A DNA stretch of 64,000 nucleotides from Ginglymostoma cirratum (GCA_024137785.1 JAHRHZ010000166.1:1064736-1128735), one strand, 5' to 3'; positions 11,080 through 24,647 are shown, counted from the first letter of the stretch. Translations and numbers: made by a program. Notes: generated from the sequence alone by a model not told the origin.

Positions 11080-12190
11080 AGATCACAAATGTATAGCATA
11101 ATATTTTAGCTTATGCAGAGGATTATCTAACCAAATAGGGAGTGGGAAAAAATGTCTGTTCTTCTGCTCGGTCACAAGAAATTATTAGTGGCCAGCTACA
11201 GCTTTCATTCCACGGACACCAACTGTTTACAAGTTATATTAATGACTTTGATAAGTATTTAGAAGGTACGAGAGCGAAATTTACAGACACCGATAAGATA
11301 GATGGGAATTGGAAGCAATGAAGAAATAAAAATATTGACAAGCTGATATGAAGAGCTTAGGTCAATGGAGCAAAATTTGGCCATAGATGTCTAACGTAGG
11401 TAGGTGTGAGCTTATTCATTTTGCTCAGCAGAATAGAAAGATAACATATCACCAAATTGGAGAGAAACTTCAGAGTGATTTGCTATGGAGGGATTCGGAG
11501 GCCCCAGTTCATCATTTTCAGAAAACTACGAACAGTTATATCATATAATAGGAAAGATAAATTAAAATTTTGCATCTATTTCGAAAGGAATAGTGTAAAG
11601 TAATAGTGAAGAGTTGATGCAACTATAGAAGACAGTAATGAGAATGCAGCTAGAAAATTATGTACAGTTGCTGTCTCTTTCCTTGAGAAGGGATGCAATT
11701 GGGGTTTGGGTGGAGCTGTCATGAGTTTAGATCCAGAGATCAGGTGTTTGTCCTATGTAGAGAGATTGCATAGTTTAACCCTATGTTCGCTAGAGTTTAG
11801 AAGAATGAGAGGTAAATTAATTGACGTATATAAGACATCAAAGAGGGTTAACAAAGTAGACACACTGATTCCCCTTGTGGAGCAATATAGAATTATATTT
11901 TTCAGATAAAGAGTAGCAGATTTAAAACAGAGAACAAGAGGAATTGATTCTCTCAGTAAGTCGTGTATCTGTAGAAATTGCTATTTCTAACTATGGTGCA
12001 ATTTGGGACACCGAACAAAATTAAGGAGGAATTTTTTTTTGGATTAATGCTCAGTTGATGTCTTAAAGAATGCAGACAAACGAGTTTAGGGTTAGGTTGA
12101 GGCCGAGAGGAATCCGTTATGAATGTTCTGGATGGCTGATCAGGCTTGAGCCATTGAATTGCATACTTTTGCTCCAATTGTCATGTTTTT
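11080..12190 (+). mobile_element. Old CR1 LINE fragment (RT-3' end)
   Basis: Degenerate CR1 ORF2 remnants (SLEFRRMRGKLIDVYK). Confidence 0.7.
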
Positions 12191-12194
12191 ACTT

Positions 12195-12895
12195 GCAAAT
12201 CTCAAAACATATGAACTAGTCCCACTTGCCTGCGTTTGGCCCATATTCATCTAAACCTTTCTTATGCACATAAAAATCAAGTGCCTTTTACCTTTTGTAA
12301 CAATACCTGCATCCATCGCTTTATTTGGCAGTTCAATCCACATACGAACAACTCTGCATTTAAAGACAAATTGCCCTTCGTATCCTTTTTAAAACTTTCT
12401 CCTCTCATCATAAAAATAAAAATACCCCTTAGGTTTGAACTCCCCTGCCTTAGGGATATGACACTTACCATTCACCTTATCTATGTCCCTCATGATTTTA
12501 TAAACCTCTACAAGGTCAACACTCAACTTCCGACTATCCATTGGAAAAGATGTCCAATCAAGCCTACCAAGCCTAGCTTTATAACTCAAGCTCTCCATTC
12601 CCAGAAATATCCTGGTAAATCACTTCTGAACCTTCTCCAATTTAATCATTTTCTTCTTATAGCAGAGTGACTAAATGCCTGCAATACTCCAGAAGAGGCC
12701 TCATCAACGTCCTGTACAAGCTCAACATAACATCCCAATTCCTGTATTGAATGGCCTAAGCAAAGAAGGCAAGCGTGCCAAACGCCTTCTTAACCTCACT
12801 GTCTACATGTCATGCAAATTTCAAAGAAGTAGATACCTGAACCCCTCCAAATCTCTGTTCTACAACACTACCCTTGAGCCTACTGTTCATGTACA
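12195..12895 (-). mobile_element. CR1 LINE 3' fragment
   Basis: Minus ORF SLSYKARLGRL...DLVEVYKIMRDIDKVN. Confidence 0.75.
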
Positions 12896-12904
12896 AGTGT
12901 TCCA

Positions 12905-13875
12905 ACCATCTTCACCTGCTTCATGAATGACCTTCCCTCCATTATATGTCAGAAGTGGGGATGTTCGTCAATGATTGGCAATGTTCAACATCTTTCATTA
13001 CTTCTTAGACACTCAAGGAGTCCATGTACAAATGCAACAAGATTTGGACAATATCTAGGCTTGGGCTGAGAAGAGCCAAGTTAACATTTGTGCCACAGAA
13101 ATGTGAGGCTATGACAATCAACAATACGTGACAATCTAACCACAGCCCCTTGACAGTCTATGGTGTTATCATCGCTGGATTGTCCACTTTCAACATCCTG
13201 GGCGTTATCATTGATCAGAAACTCAGCTGGACTTACCACATAAACGCAATGACTACAAGAGCAGGTCAGAGGCTATGAACACTGCGGCGAGCAACTCGAC
13301 TTGTGACTCCCAAAGGTCTGTACGCAGTCTACCAGGCACAAGTCAGAAGTGTGGTGGAATACTTGCCACTTGCCTGGTAGTGCAGCCCCAATAAAAATCA
13401 AGAAGCTTAACACCATCCAGGGCAAAGTAGCCCGCTTGATTGGCATTGCATCCAACAGTACCCATTCCCTCCACCACCCATGCTCAGTAGCAGCAGTGTG
13501 AACTATCTAAAAGACACTGCAGAAATTCACAGAAAATCCTCAGACAGCACTTCCCAAACCCAGGAACACTCCCATCTCGAAGGACAAGGGCAGTAGATAC
13601 CTGGGAATACCACCACTTTCAAGTTCCTCTTGAAGCCACTCATCTTACTGACTTGGAAATATTTCACCATTCCTTCACTATCCCTAGGGGAAAACCCTGG
13701 AATTCCCACCCAAATGGCAATGTGGGTCAACTTACTGCAGTTAGAATGCAGCAGTTCAAGAAGGCAGCTCATGACCAAGTTCTCAAGTGCAACTAGGTTT
13801 GGGTAATAAATGCTGGTCAGCCAGCGACTCCCATATCCCACAAAATGAATAATGATAATTTAAAAAAAAAAAAAA
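12905..13875 (+). mobile_element. CR1/L2-clade LINE (family 2) RT C-terminus and 3' end with A-tail
   Basis: ATCTTCAGCTGCTTCATCAATGACCTTCCCTCC-like RT start, degenerate FADD region, 3' AATAAATGCTGGTCAGCCAGCGAC and A-run at 13862-13875. Confidence 0.75.
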
Positions 13876-13879
13876 CGCC

Positions 13880-14740
13880 TGCACATGATCCATTTGCCTA
13901 CCTTCTCTGCTGGTCCATTTGTCAGTCTCGATGCCTGTTAAATTTGGTTATTGTCTCTGCCCTACCTTCTTCACTGTCAGCGCATTCCAGGCACCTCCCA
14001 CTCGCTATATTAAAAATACCTCCTTGCACATGTCATTTAATTGTTTCCATCTAATCTAATTTTTGACTTTTTCACCCTAGACAAAAAAAAATTCCGACTA
14101 TCCACACGATTCATGCCTCGCATAATTTTATATGTTTATATTCAATCGTCCCTCAGCCTTAGAAACTCTAGCAACACCATTTTAAATTTGTCCATCCTTA
14201 TAGCTCTACACTCCAATCCAGGCAACATTTTGGTACGTCATTCTTACAAACAAGTCTGGCCACAAGAAATGCACACAATCCTTCAAATGTGGCACAATTA
14301 AATTCTTGCACAGCTGTAACATGACATGCCAACTTTTATACTCAATTACCCGATCAATAGCCTTCGGCCTTCTTTACTAAATGATCAACTCTGTTGCAAC
14401 TTTTAGGAAGCTATGGACTTGTTTTCTAATGTCTCTCTATATATCAATATTCCATCGGGTGCAGCAATTCACATTATAAATTCAACTTGCATTTGATGTC
14501 CCAAGATGTGTCACCTCACACTTATCCAGATTAAATTTCATATGCCATTTTTTCCGCCAAGTTTCCTACTGCTCTGATGGTTTGATCTCCTTTGTCATGG
14601 TCAAAAACTTCAACAATGTTCCTGTCATCTGCAGACTTACTAACGATACCAAATAGATTTTCATTTGAATCGTATATTTATTATACAAGCAACAGAGATC
14701 TCAGCACTCATCTTCCAGAAAACTACTGATTACAGTCCTC
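13880..14740 (-). mobile_element. Old CR1 fragment
   Basis: Reverse-complement CR1 ORF2 signatures (CCAGGCAACATT, GTCATCTGCAGACTTACTAA). Confidence 0.65.
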
Positions 14741-15068
14741 CAGAAGAATATGAACACTAATCCAGAACTATCTTCTGTATTCTCTGACTGAGAAGATAAT
14801 CCAGTTTTATACTGTGTCTAATATAATCTCACTGCTGTACCAGATTTACAGGCTGATATTAATTGACACACGTTACATTTTTTCCTTGGCCCTGGAGGTG
14901 GCCTGTAAAAAAAAAGTGCACAAAGGCCGTTTTTAGTTTCATGCAACAAATGACACATTCTGTTTTCACATTTGGGTCACTGAGGATACGTGCCGCACAG
15001 AGACATTTATCAAATGGATACAATTGGCATATCAGTCCAACAAAAGTTGTAACTGAGTCACACTGTAA

Positions 15069-15594
15069 TAACAAGTTNNNNNNNNNNNNNNNNNNNNNNN
15101 NNNNNNNNNNNNNNNNNNNNNNNNNNNNNNNNNNNNNNNNNNNNNNNNNNNNNNNNNNNNNNNNNNNNNNNNNNNNNNNNNNNNNNNNNNNNNNNNNNNN
15201 NNNNNNNNNNNNNNNNNNNNNNNNNNNNNNNNNNNNNNNNNNNNNNNNNNNNNNNNNNNNNNNNNNNNNNNNNNNNNNNNNNNNNNNNNNNNNNNNNNNN
15301 NNNNNNNNNNNNNNNNNNNNNNNNNNNNNNNNNNNNNNNNNNNNNNNNNNNNNNNNNNNNNNNNNNNNNNNNNNNNNNNNNNNNNNNNNNNNNNNNNNNN
15401 NNNNNNNNNNNNNNNNNNNNNNNNNNNNNNNNNNNNNNNNNNNNNNNNNNNNNNNNNNNNNNNNNNNNNNNNNNNNNGTCTAGACCCAAAACGTCAAGCT
15501 TTCCTGCTCCTATGATGCTGCTTGGCCTGCTGTGTTCATCCAGCCCCACAACTTGTTATCTCGGATTCTCCAGCATCTGCAGTACCTTTTATCT
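15069..15594. mobile_element. Family-A element with inverted ends and 16-bp TSD, interior lost in gap
   Basis: CTGAGTCACACTGTAA at 15053-15068 and 15595-15610; TAACAAG on the left, inverted terminal repeat on the right. Confidence 0.8.
15078..15477. other. Assembly gap (400 N)
   Basis: Run of N. Confidence 1.
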
Positions 15595-15794
15595 CTGAGT
15601 CACACTGTAAGTCTGAGAGGAACTTAAAACTAACTTGCCCACAATATATTCATAATGTCACCCTTGAGGGATGTTATGCATCTTTAACACCACGATAAAG
15701 ACATGAGATTACATGGGGATTAGTTACCTATGTTAGACATTATTTTATACTGTCTCAAGACAATTTTGGCCTTCTGCCTCACTGTCATTTACAG

Positions 15795-16410
15795 AATCTA
15801 AGAGATAGTTTTCTTGTCCATGTCGACCAGATTTCTTAATAAATTCAGATCCATTAGCCAGCATTTGGTCCATATTCCTCTAAACACTTCCTATTCATAA
15901 ATCAATCCAGATGCATTTTAAATGTTGTAATTGTACAAGCTTCCACCACTTCCTTTCGTAGCTCATTCCATAATTGCATCACATTCTGCATGAAAACGTT
16001 GCTCCTCAGGTCCCTATTAAATATTTCCCATCTCACCTTGAATCTATGACCTCTCGTTTTGGACTCGCCCACTCCGGGGAAAATACCTTGTTTATTCACC
16101 CATCCACCCCAGCCTAATCAGCTTCTCCCTATAGCACAAACGCTTCAAACCCGGCAACATCCTTTTCAATCTTTTTGACCACTTTTAAATTTCACAACAT
16201 TCTTCCTAAAGCAGGGAGACAAGAATTGTACGCAGTATTCCAAATGCCACCCAACAAATGTCCTGTCGAGTCGCAACATGACCTCCCAACTCCTATATTC
16301 TATGCTCTGACCAAAAAAGGCAAGTATACCAAAAGCCTTTTTTACGATACTGTCTAACTGGTAGCCCACTTTCAAGGAACTAGGAACCTGCACTCCAAGA
16401 TCTCTTTTGG
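15795..16410 (-). mobile_element. CR1 3' fragment
   Basis: Minus ORFs DLGVQVPSSLKV...HLEYCVQFLSP and ESKTRGHRFKVR. Confidence 0.85.
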
Positions 16411-19400
16411 AAAACAGAAACTGTCTTTCTTCAGATTTCAAGTAACTTTTACTGTAGAGAATAGATAGAACATTGCTAGCTGATGCGGATTCCCTGGTTT
16501 ATCTTTTTTTTAATTCCAATCCCATCCCCAGACTGTGCAATTAAAAGACAAGCAATGATGTGGTTTATAGCAGGCAAAAGGCCTTTGTCATCAATAAATG
16601 GTCACTAGCTGAAAGGCCAATCAACCTGGCTTCATCAACCAAAGTTACAGCTGAAAACAGAAAATATTAGCTTCAGTTGGTCTGCATTGAGGTGACAAAT
16701 ATTTAAGAGGCGGTTCAAATAATGCTTGGCATCAATGTCAGAATACTTGCTTTTTGAAATAGGCCACCATCTTTCGTTGATTACAGATTTTTTTTTCCTT
16801 TCAGTGCACACTTTTTCAAATGCACTTTCCAAAAGAAAACACAGTCTATATATGCCGTTGCCATTAAGAAAATGAATCAGAATTACAAAGATGTGTTTTA
16901 TCGCAATTACACCTCATTTTATTCAACCACATACAATCTTAAAATGTCGTTAACCTTTACCTTAGTTCGAATTTTTAGTCTGGAGAATGCATTTGCAATT
17001 ATATTACTTTTTCCAGTATTATGAAGAATCCATGCTTCAAAAAAAGGATTGCTGCAAAGGATTCAAGGGAAATAATCTCACATTCCATGTTATAACGTTT
17101 TCAAAGGAGGTAGTGGATCATGATCAGGGTAAATAAACATCACATCATTTTTGCATCAAACATAGGTTTCAAACAGTTCATGTTGCAATCACAATCCCAG
17201 AGTCTCTTTTTTTTCCGAGGATGACTTTTTTTTCTGATATTGTTTCGTTTGAGAAACGTGTCCTAAGGGCTGCTTTGTTTCTGCCTCATAAACCATACAA
17301 CAAACAGCACCTAACCCTGATCAGGAACAAAGAATACAGTTTGAAATGTCTAATAGAATGCAGAGTTGACCAGCAAAAGCTGAAATGCTACAAGTGTCTT
17401 GACAAGACCATACTGATTCAAATTTATGGAGTTCCATAAGGACGTGACAGGAAAAAAAGAAATGTGGAAACTATATTCTCGATGATTGTGAGTCCAGAAC
17501 TAGAGTTTAAAGTTTTGACAACATTAAGGACTAAGGTGGCGGGAAATTTCTTTCACCTCGAGAGTGGTGAACAGATTAACATTTCTTAAAGAGAAAGCCA
17601 TTGAGGTTAGAACTTATATGTTTTCAGAACGAGTTAGAGTGCTCTTCAAGGTAAAGTTATGAAGGGATATAGGCAGAAAGTGAGAAAAAGGTAAACATTG
17701 GTGAATGTTTAGCTGTGATCAGATTGAAGTGTTCAATGGCCTACTCAGGCTCCTATTTTCTATATTTCTATTCATCCACTATAGGTAAAAAAATGGAATA
17801 ACTTAACTCTCCTGGAGAACTTAACAGAATAATAGATACTCTAACTCAAAATAATTAACTGTTCCAATATAGTAATGTCCCATTAACACATGTTTTACAA
17901 AATGTAAATTAGGGCTACACATGCCTCATATGCAACACCAGTAGCCCAGGAGGAAAAGCATCAAGAACACTCTGGGAGATTATAGGAGGCAGGAAAGATT
18001 TACTGTAGCTTTCAAGTTTGCTGAGAACCCAGCAACAACTATTCAGTGATGAAACAAAAAGGCCAAGTTCTTTGGATGGGAGCATGACCACATCTATTCG
18101 GGCTGGTTCTATTGTTCCAACGTTTTTTTTTAAATCAAGGATTCATAAGATGTTTTTCTTATCGTAGGATGCCCTTCACCTGTTGCTTTATCTATCTTTA
18201 AAATAAACCGGGATAAAATACACCTCCGACAGCCTCAGTATCGTCACACTCTGGATTAAGACTCCAGAAATAATACCATTAGGCCAGAGAGAGGTAGTGG
18301 ACAGATGATTGAACATATTGACGAGTCATTTTGATTTTACAGTCACAAGTATGTTAAGCCTTCTGTGTCAAAGATGGAAAGTGTGCTCACACTGGATCTA
18401 ACTGAATATTAGTGTTGAGTTCCATGGGTAGATTCTTTTTTTATTATCCTACTCCTGTTTATGTTTAACGTGTGAAATAAGGATTGCATTTTGTTGTAAA
18501 TCAGAAATAAAGGAATGCATGATAATGACAAAATAGAAATCAGTAACATTGTAAAAATCCTTTATCACAGCTAGGATACTTTGTCCAGTTCTCATCGTCA
18601 TGTATTGGGAAAGAAATGGATGCCCTTTTAAAGGTTAATAGGAAACTGACCAGAATGTTTTCAGGGATCAGTGGTGTTTTGGGATAATTATTTGCAAGAT
18701 TGGTTTCACAGTTATTTCTACAAGAATGGAAGTGCTCTGTTTGAAACAAAGCTGTTTATGGAAAATGAGAAAGATTGGTCGACATTACTACTATTTAAAA
18801 TAAATTAGTAAGAGACATTGCTCCCAAAAGTACTTGCTTTGGTGAGGTACACAATCTTTAAGCAAGATGTAAAGTTGCAATTTTGTTTTTTTTTGCTTCT
18901 TTCACGATGAGTGGTGATGCCTGGCTGCCTCGGAGAAAAGTTAAAGTGTACAAAATTTCTAATGGAAACTGGGTGAGAGTTGAAACAAATGAACTTGCAG
19001 GGCTATTGAGAATGCACAGTGAAGTGATGCAGGCTGAATTTCTCTGTGATATGTTCAATGAACTGAATGGCCATTATTTTGTCTTCAGTATCTCCAGCTC
19101 TGGAAGAATTAAATTTTCTATAACTACAGGGAATATCCTCTCCTGTGTAAGAAGATTTATAGGTGCACATTACAAAGTATTGTGAAACGACACACAAGGG
19201 AGAAAACAAGTGTAACAACAAGTACATTTCCAAGAAAGAGAATCAATAATGATAATATGTCTCCAAAATTATTTTTCAGGAGGCAGAACTTTATCAAATA
19301 TAAATATGCTGACGTGGCATGCTATGCTGATTGCCTGACACAACACTCTATATAAAGCAATTTTTAACATTACTCAAAGTGTAACTGACGAGGATCTGGT

Positions 19401-19439
19401 GGTATCATTTCTGAATGGTTTTGAATACAGAGTGCAAGA

Positions 19440-19836
19440 CACCTTCATTATTTATTCATGGGACGTGGCCATCTCTGATTGGCTAGCATTTATTGACCAT
19501 TCCTTGTTGTCCTTAAACTGAATGGCTGGCGAGGCCATTTCAGAGCGCAGTTGAGAGTCAAGCAATTCTCTGTGGACCTGGAGTCACGTACAAACCAGAT
19601 CAGGTAAGCATTGCAGCTTTCTTTTCCCGAAAGACATTATTATGCTAAATGGGTTTTTGTGACAATTGGCAATGATTTAACAGTCAGCAGTAAACTCTTA
19701 GTTCCCGATGTTTATGTGACTATTGAATTCAAATTCCAATATCCGCCATGACAGGATTTAAAGCCGTCTCCCAAGAGTATTAGCTGACTTTCTACATTAA
19801 CAGTTTAGCAATAATCCGACTAGGCTATCATCTCCC
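19440..19836 (-). mobile_element. tRNA-derived Deu-domain-type SINE
   Basis: Reverse complement of the 28950-29215 / 39800-40150 family (GAATTCAAATTCCA, CTGTGGACCTGGAGTCAC). Confidence 0.6.
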
Positions 19837-19839
19837 GAT

Positions 19840-20935
19840 TGGTCATGTCTAAAGCTCACGTCTGCAAAAGCATGACTGCAGCACCATGTTGAAAGTAATG
19901 AATTAGGCTAGATGTTTGGTTCACCAATAGAGAATAGACATGTGGGATAAGGGCATATTTTGAATGATGAAATACCACAGGAATTGATCCTAGGGTGTCA
20001 ATTATTTTCAATATGTGTTAATGACTTTAAGGTAAGTGAAAGTCCTACATCCACTTTTTAAGGTGATACTAAAATAGGTGGGAAGGCCAGTGACAATGAC
20101 ACAGAGACGTGCAGATTGAATGAGTGCAAATATGGTAAATGGGGTATAATATGGGAAACCTGCATATGAACCTTGCAAGGAAGAATAGAGAAATGTATTA
20201 TTAAAAGGGTGGAATATTACAAATCGCAGGACAGAAAGTTTTGGAGTCTTTTGTGAATAAGTCACAAAATGCTCCCGTAGAAATTCAGCAGATAGGAGGA
20301 CGGAGAAATTGAGCTTCGGCCTTTATTTCAAAGCAGATTTAGTCTAAATACAAGGATGCCTTACGAAAACTGTTTTCAGCAGCTAGGTAAACTTTGCATA
20401 CTGTAAATAGTCTTGCTCCGCAAGATTAAGGAATGATATATTAGCATTGCATGCAGTACAGAGAAGATTCCTTGCCCTTCTCCCTAGTATAACGGGACAC
20501 TCTTTTGAGGAAATGTTGGGTAGGTAGGTTCTGTATTTATTGGACGTTATCATGAGCATAACCTTATTGAAAAAAAATCAGAATTTAAGGTAGCTTGACA
20601 GCATAAATGCTGAAAGTTTATTTGCTTGTTTTCCATTTGTAAGACAATTTATAACCAGAGGGCATAATCTCACAGTAAAAGGTCTCCCTTTTATGCCAAA
20701 AATTAAGGGGAATTTCTTTTCCCAGCTCTTAGTGATCTCTGGAATTTATTATCACAGGGTATTGTCAGGGTAGGGTATTAATTATATGGATTAACAAAAT
20801 GGTCATTTTAGCAATTAGTGAGGGAAAGAACAGCTATGTAGTAAAAATGGGAAAGTGCATTTTAGGATTAGCAGATGAACCATGATCTCATTGAATAATG
20901 GAGAAAAATTGAAAGCCTGATGGATCACTTTCACT
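19840..20935 (+). mobile_element. Old CR1 RT-3' fragment
   Basis: Degenerate DDTKIGG (GATACTAAAATAGGTGGG), ACCAGAGGGCATAATCTC and CATGATCTCATTGAAT 3' UTR motifs. Confidence 0.65.
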
Positions 20936-21658
20936 TATGGATAAAGCAACATATTTCTCATGATCAACGTCTTTTTGACTTTGTTTTGCATTTCTGCGTT
21001 AATACAATGCGTAAGTATATTTTGAGACGAGTCTAAACTTATCCCTCCTCTCCGGTGTAATTCCATGCAATTTAGCATCTGTACATGACAAGTATCATGA
21101 TTAACAGCTCGTGCTTGGGATGATGCCTTTTTTTTTCCCCCTGTGAGTAAAGCTGTGAGTTCTGGAAAGAGATAATGCGGAATCAGCAGCCAAATTAGAC
21201 TGAATAATGTTGATTGCTAAGTAATGTGCTGGTTTGAGGAATTGTTGGATATTAAGTAATGCCACCTTTGAAATGTTAATAAAAGACAAAGCAACTCTAA
21301 TAAGCTGATCAATTGAGTGATTACCCAACTTTCTGTCAAAGAAAGGATTTAGAGATATTCCACGTGAAATGGATTAATAATGATTGTTCACCGAACATCA
21401 ATAAAAAAACGCTATAAGTCGGAAACAAGAAATTGTAATTTAACTAAGTTGGCGGGAAATTGGTTCTACACTTCCTGTAAATCAAAATGCCATGAAGTCC
21501 CAAAGTTTCTTTTTGAGTGCAAGATGCTTTCTTGGTCACAAGACAATGGAAAAACACTTTTTCCTGTTTCATATTAAAAAAAACGTAATTATCGTGGCAT
21601 TTCTCAACAGTGCATAGACTGTTGGAGTTCAGGATGTCAACTGCATTTGGTATAAAAT

Positions 21659-21825
21659 TGGGGCAGCTTGGTGGCTTAATGCTTAGCATTGCTTTTTCAC
21701 AGCTCTAGGGACCTGGGTTCACTTTCATCCTCAGGGGACTGTCTGTGTGGAGTTTTCTCATACTCCCCTGTTTGTATTGGTTTCTGCTGGGTGCTCCAAT
21801 TTCCTCCCACAATCTAAGGATGTGC
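21659..21825 (+). mobile_element. HE1-type V-SINE, 3' truncated
   Basis: tRNA-like head (GGGACCTGGGTTCA) + V domain GACTGTCTGTGTGGAGTTT...TTTCCTCCCACAATC. Confidence 0.8.
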
Positions 21826-22490
21826 GTGGTGTGGTGCGAGAGGTACACAGCAGACCAGGCAGCATCAGAGGAGCAGGAACGCTGACATTTCAGGTCTGGA
21901 CCCTTCTCCCGAAATGGGGAAGGGGGATCTGAAATAATTAGAGCGAGGGGGGTTGGTGATAGAATAGTGGATAGTGGAGTAGATAGGTGGGAAAGAAGAT
22001 GGACAGATCAAAGAGGCGGGGATGAAGTTAGTAAAGGTGAGTGTAGGCCGGAAGTGGAGATCAGGATTTGTAAGTGAGGTGGGAGGAGAGGATAGATGGG
22101 AGAGAAGATAGACAGGTCAATGAGGTGGGGATGAGAGCGGGGCTGGTCTTGGGATGAGGTCCGGGGTGGGGAGATTTTGAAGCTAGTAAAGTCCACATTG
22201 AGACCATTGGGTTGTAGGGTTCCAAGGTGGAATATGAGGTACTGATGCTTCAGTTTCCAGGTGGCATCGTTGTGACAGTGGAGGAGGCCCAGGATGGACA
22301 TGTCGTCTGGGGAGTGGGAGGGGGAGTTGAAGTGATTCGCAACTGGGAGGTGTTGTCACTTGTGACAAACCGAGCCCCCTTCCCCTCCCCCATTGCTGAA
22401 GAAGGATCCAGACCCGCAATGTCAGCTTTCCTACTCCTCTGATACTGCCTGGCCTTCTGTGTTCCTACAGCTCCACACCCTGCACCAGGG
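21826..22490 (-). mobile_element. 5'-truncated Penelope-like element with inverted terminal repeat
   Basis: Minus ORF GLLHCHNDATWKLKHQYLIFHLGTLQPNGLN (GIY-YIG C-terminus); terminal repeat at 21826-21915 and inverted copy at 22390-22490. Confidence 0.8.
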
Positions 22491-23254
22491 ATTCTCTTTT
22501 TCTCAAAAAAAAAGCTTCTGTAATTCTGTCACTTGGGTATACCTTGAGTTTCAGTTCAGAGATAATGACATTCCAGCTGTGCAAAGCAGAAGCCCGCTCA
22601 AACCCAGAACCGGAAATTTCAGCTATGGACTGGAATGGACGCACGCTATACTTTCCAAGTGCAATGGGTTTGTGTCTTGGAAACAGATCATTCGGTGAAA
22701 GTAGACACTGCAAGGCAATGGCTGGCATTCATGTTTTCCTTATTTCAACAAGCATGTACTTAGATTACTTTATTTCTTACATACTTATTTTGCTTCCAAT
22801 TAAATACATCAAAGCTGTTGAATTTAACTATTCACTCTGACGACGTGTTCAATATTCTCAACTCTTCCTTGTAAAGATGTTCTTTTAATGTTATTATCGG
22901 ATTTCCCAGTGGCTGTCATGCATTTCTGAACTCTAAATTTGATCCTTGTCTATGTAAATCATTTCTTGTGTAAGTTTGTCTTTCATTGTTATGCCCATAA
23001 ATGTTTATTCTCGTTTAATTCCCTAGGCTTTATCTTTCAAGAGTATAAAGTTCCTGTCCAAGCGCCATGTGCTCTTACCTTTCAAAACTGTTTGTTATGA
23101 TGGGTGAGAATCGTATTTTCTTTTAACAAATAATGCCCTCTCTGGCAATGCAAAGACTTCTCAAAATGCTCAGAATAGTGGTCAAAGCTGTTTGAAAGGG
23201 AACACATCTTTTCCAAAAAAAAAAGCTGATGTGCAAGTTCTATTACTACATACG

Positions 23255-23295
23255 TGAAAACAGGAAGGCCACAGTATTATCAACTTCAACCACGC
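23255..23295 (+). promoter_or_regulatory. Candidate ETS/RUNX promoter module
   Basis: AAACAGGAAG (ETS core) directly followed by GCCACA, plus AACCACG, ~150-180 nt upstream of the candidate leader ATG in non-repetitive sequence. Confidence 0.3.
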
Positions 23296-23438
23296 ATATA
23301 TTCATAACGCTACGGAGTGATTTTCACTGCTCACTCTATAGTTCAGGCCTCACTCGCACCTAACTAGTGTCAGCAAGTACTCAATAAGCTGCAGATCAGT
23401 GATATTAATGCTTCTTTGCTTCCTGGATGTCCTGGACA

Positions 23439-23476
23439 ATGGACTTCCTCCAAATCTGTTCCCTTAATTAGTTTTG
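23439..23476 (+). pseudogene. Candidate leader exon (MDFLQICS..LISF), frameshifted
   Basis: Good Kozak ACAATGG at 23436-23442, hydrophobic codons, donor TG|GTGAGA at 23476/23477. The 38 nt length is off-phase; removing 1 nt gives MDFLQICSLISF-A-SVFPSVLFQ when spliced to the V exon. Confidence 0.45.
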
Positions 23477-24211
23477 GTGAGATGATTCCACTTCTGTTAA
23501 GTGAATAAGAAGAGTTTGATGAAACTAATGATCGTGAAAAACTGAAAAGGTCGAAAAATTTTAGTAGAATGGGTGAGGATGTGGACAAGGCTGCAAAGAC
23601 AACTCTGCGCAACCATGAATGGATGTGTCGTTATGACAAATATAAAATAATATGCTTGAATCTTGTCAGAAAGAGAGATCTAATTAGACTCGAAATTTTG
23701 AATTTTGTGACAGTTAACTTGGAATTAACTCTAAGAAACATTTTCCTTCGTAGAACATAACAAGATATTTAGCTGCATTGATTGAGACAGTGACAATAAT
23801 TGGGCAGTGTAATCTTTAAGTGCTAGACCAGAAAAATAGATCCATCCCTTTAGTGCAAAAACGCTCTCCCAGTCTGTAGAGAATATATTGATGGACAAAA
23901 ATAAATGTTACAGGGCTGAAACTTCAGGATTGCAGCAGACTCTTTAAATTTAGTCTTCTGCAGTTCCAAAGTTTGTCCGCAGTAGTTACATCGGAGTTAA
24001 TGGTATAAGATCTCAGACTCTGCCTGGAGAAAAGAAACATTAAAATGACTGTGTATACGACGCGAAATTATAATGTTCCGCACTTCTGAGGAGGTTGATT
24101 GCTTTTAAGCTCCGAATTTGACGTAAAATATTTTTTAAATGTATAATGTCTTAGCCTATGTTAGCTGAACGTCGTCTAAATTTTCTGACTGTTTGTTTGT
24201 TTCTTTTTCAG

Positions 24212-24549
24212 CTTCTGTATTTCCATCAGTCCTGTTCCAATCTGAACCAATTCAAGTGTCTTCTGTCGGGAATCGAATTCAGCTGAATTGCTACAGAGAG
24301 AGATCAGCCACTTAGTTAGTGTTCTGTTACAAACTTTCACATGGAAAATATGTGGAATTTGTTTACACAATGGGGAAGTACGTAGATCCAAAGGGAAATT
24401 TTCGGGTGAAATATGTGACAAATCTAACAGCTATTCTTTGATCATTGAAAATGTCCAACAAATGTATTCGGGCATATATTACTGTGCTGCTCGACACGAC
24501 AGGAGCATGGCCCTCATATTCAGGAATGGTTCTAAGGCAGTAATCAAAG
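24212..24549 (+). pseudogene. V-type Ig domain exon including J-like G strand
   Basis: Acceptor ttctttttcag|; reads SVFPSVLFQSEPIQVSSVGNRIQLNCYRERSAT*LVFCYKLSHGKYVEFVY, then shifts frame to ...KGKFSGEICDKSNSYSLIIENVQQMYSGIYYCAARHDRSMALIFRNGSKAVIK; donor AAG|GTAAAG phase 1. Both canonical Cys present, YYC motif, FxxGSK J motif. Confidence 0.9.
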
Positions 24550-24647
24550 GTAAAGTTAGAACTATTGAATTCAAGTACGTATTTGACATTAATTTAAAAT
24601 GTCTACATAATAATTAATTCATATTCTGCTTTAGGTACTGAAATTAG

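Noticed and set aside
14863-15549. Long ORFs here and at 31851-32191 and 43103-43668
   Set aside because: Artifacts of N runs.
18883-19185. 100-aa ORF in unique-looking sequence
   Set aside because: No motif, non-ATG start in a T-run, no convincing splice context.
20960-21010. Alternative leader exon MINVFLTLFCISALIQC|GTAAGT
   Set aside because: Hydrophobic with a good donor, but phase 0 whereas the V exon needs phase 1, and 3.2 kb away. It cannot be excluded but is not preferred over 23439-23476.
21659-21730. tRNA gene-like A/B boxes here and at other SINE heads
   Set aside because: They are SINE heads followed by V or Deu domains; no full cloverleaf.
24212-24549. Rearranging TCR/Ig V segment or processed rearranged gene
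   Set aside because: No heptamer/nonamer after YYC; J motif is contiguous; introns are retained; TM lacks charged residues and the tail has an ITIM.
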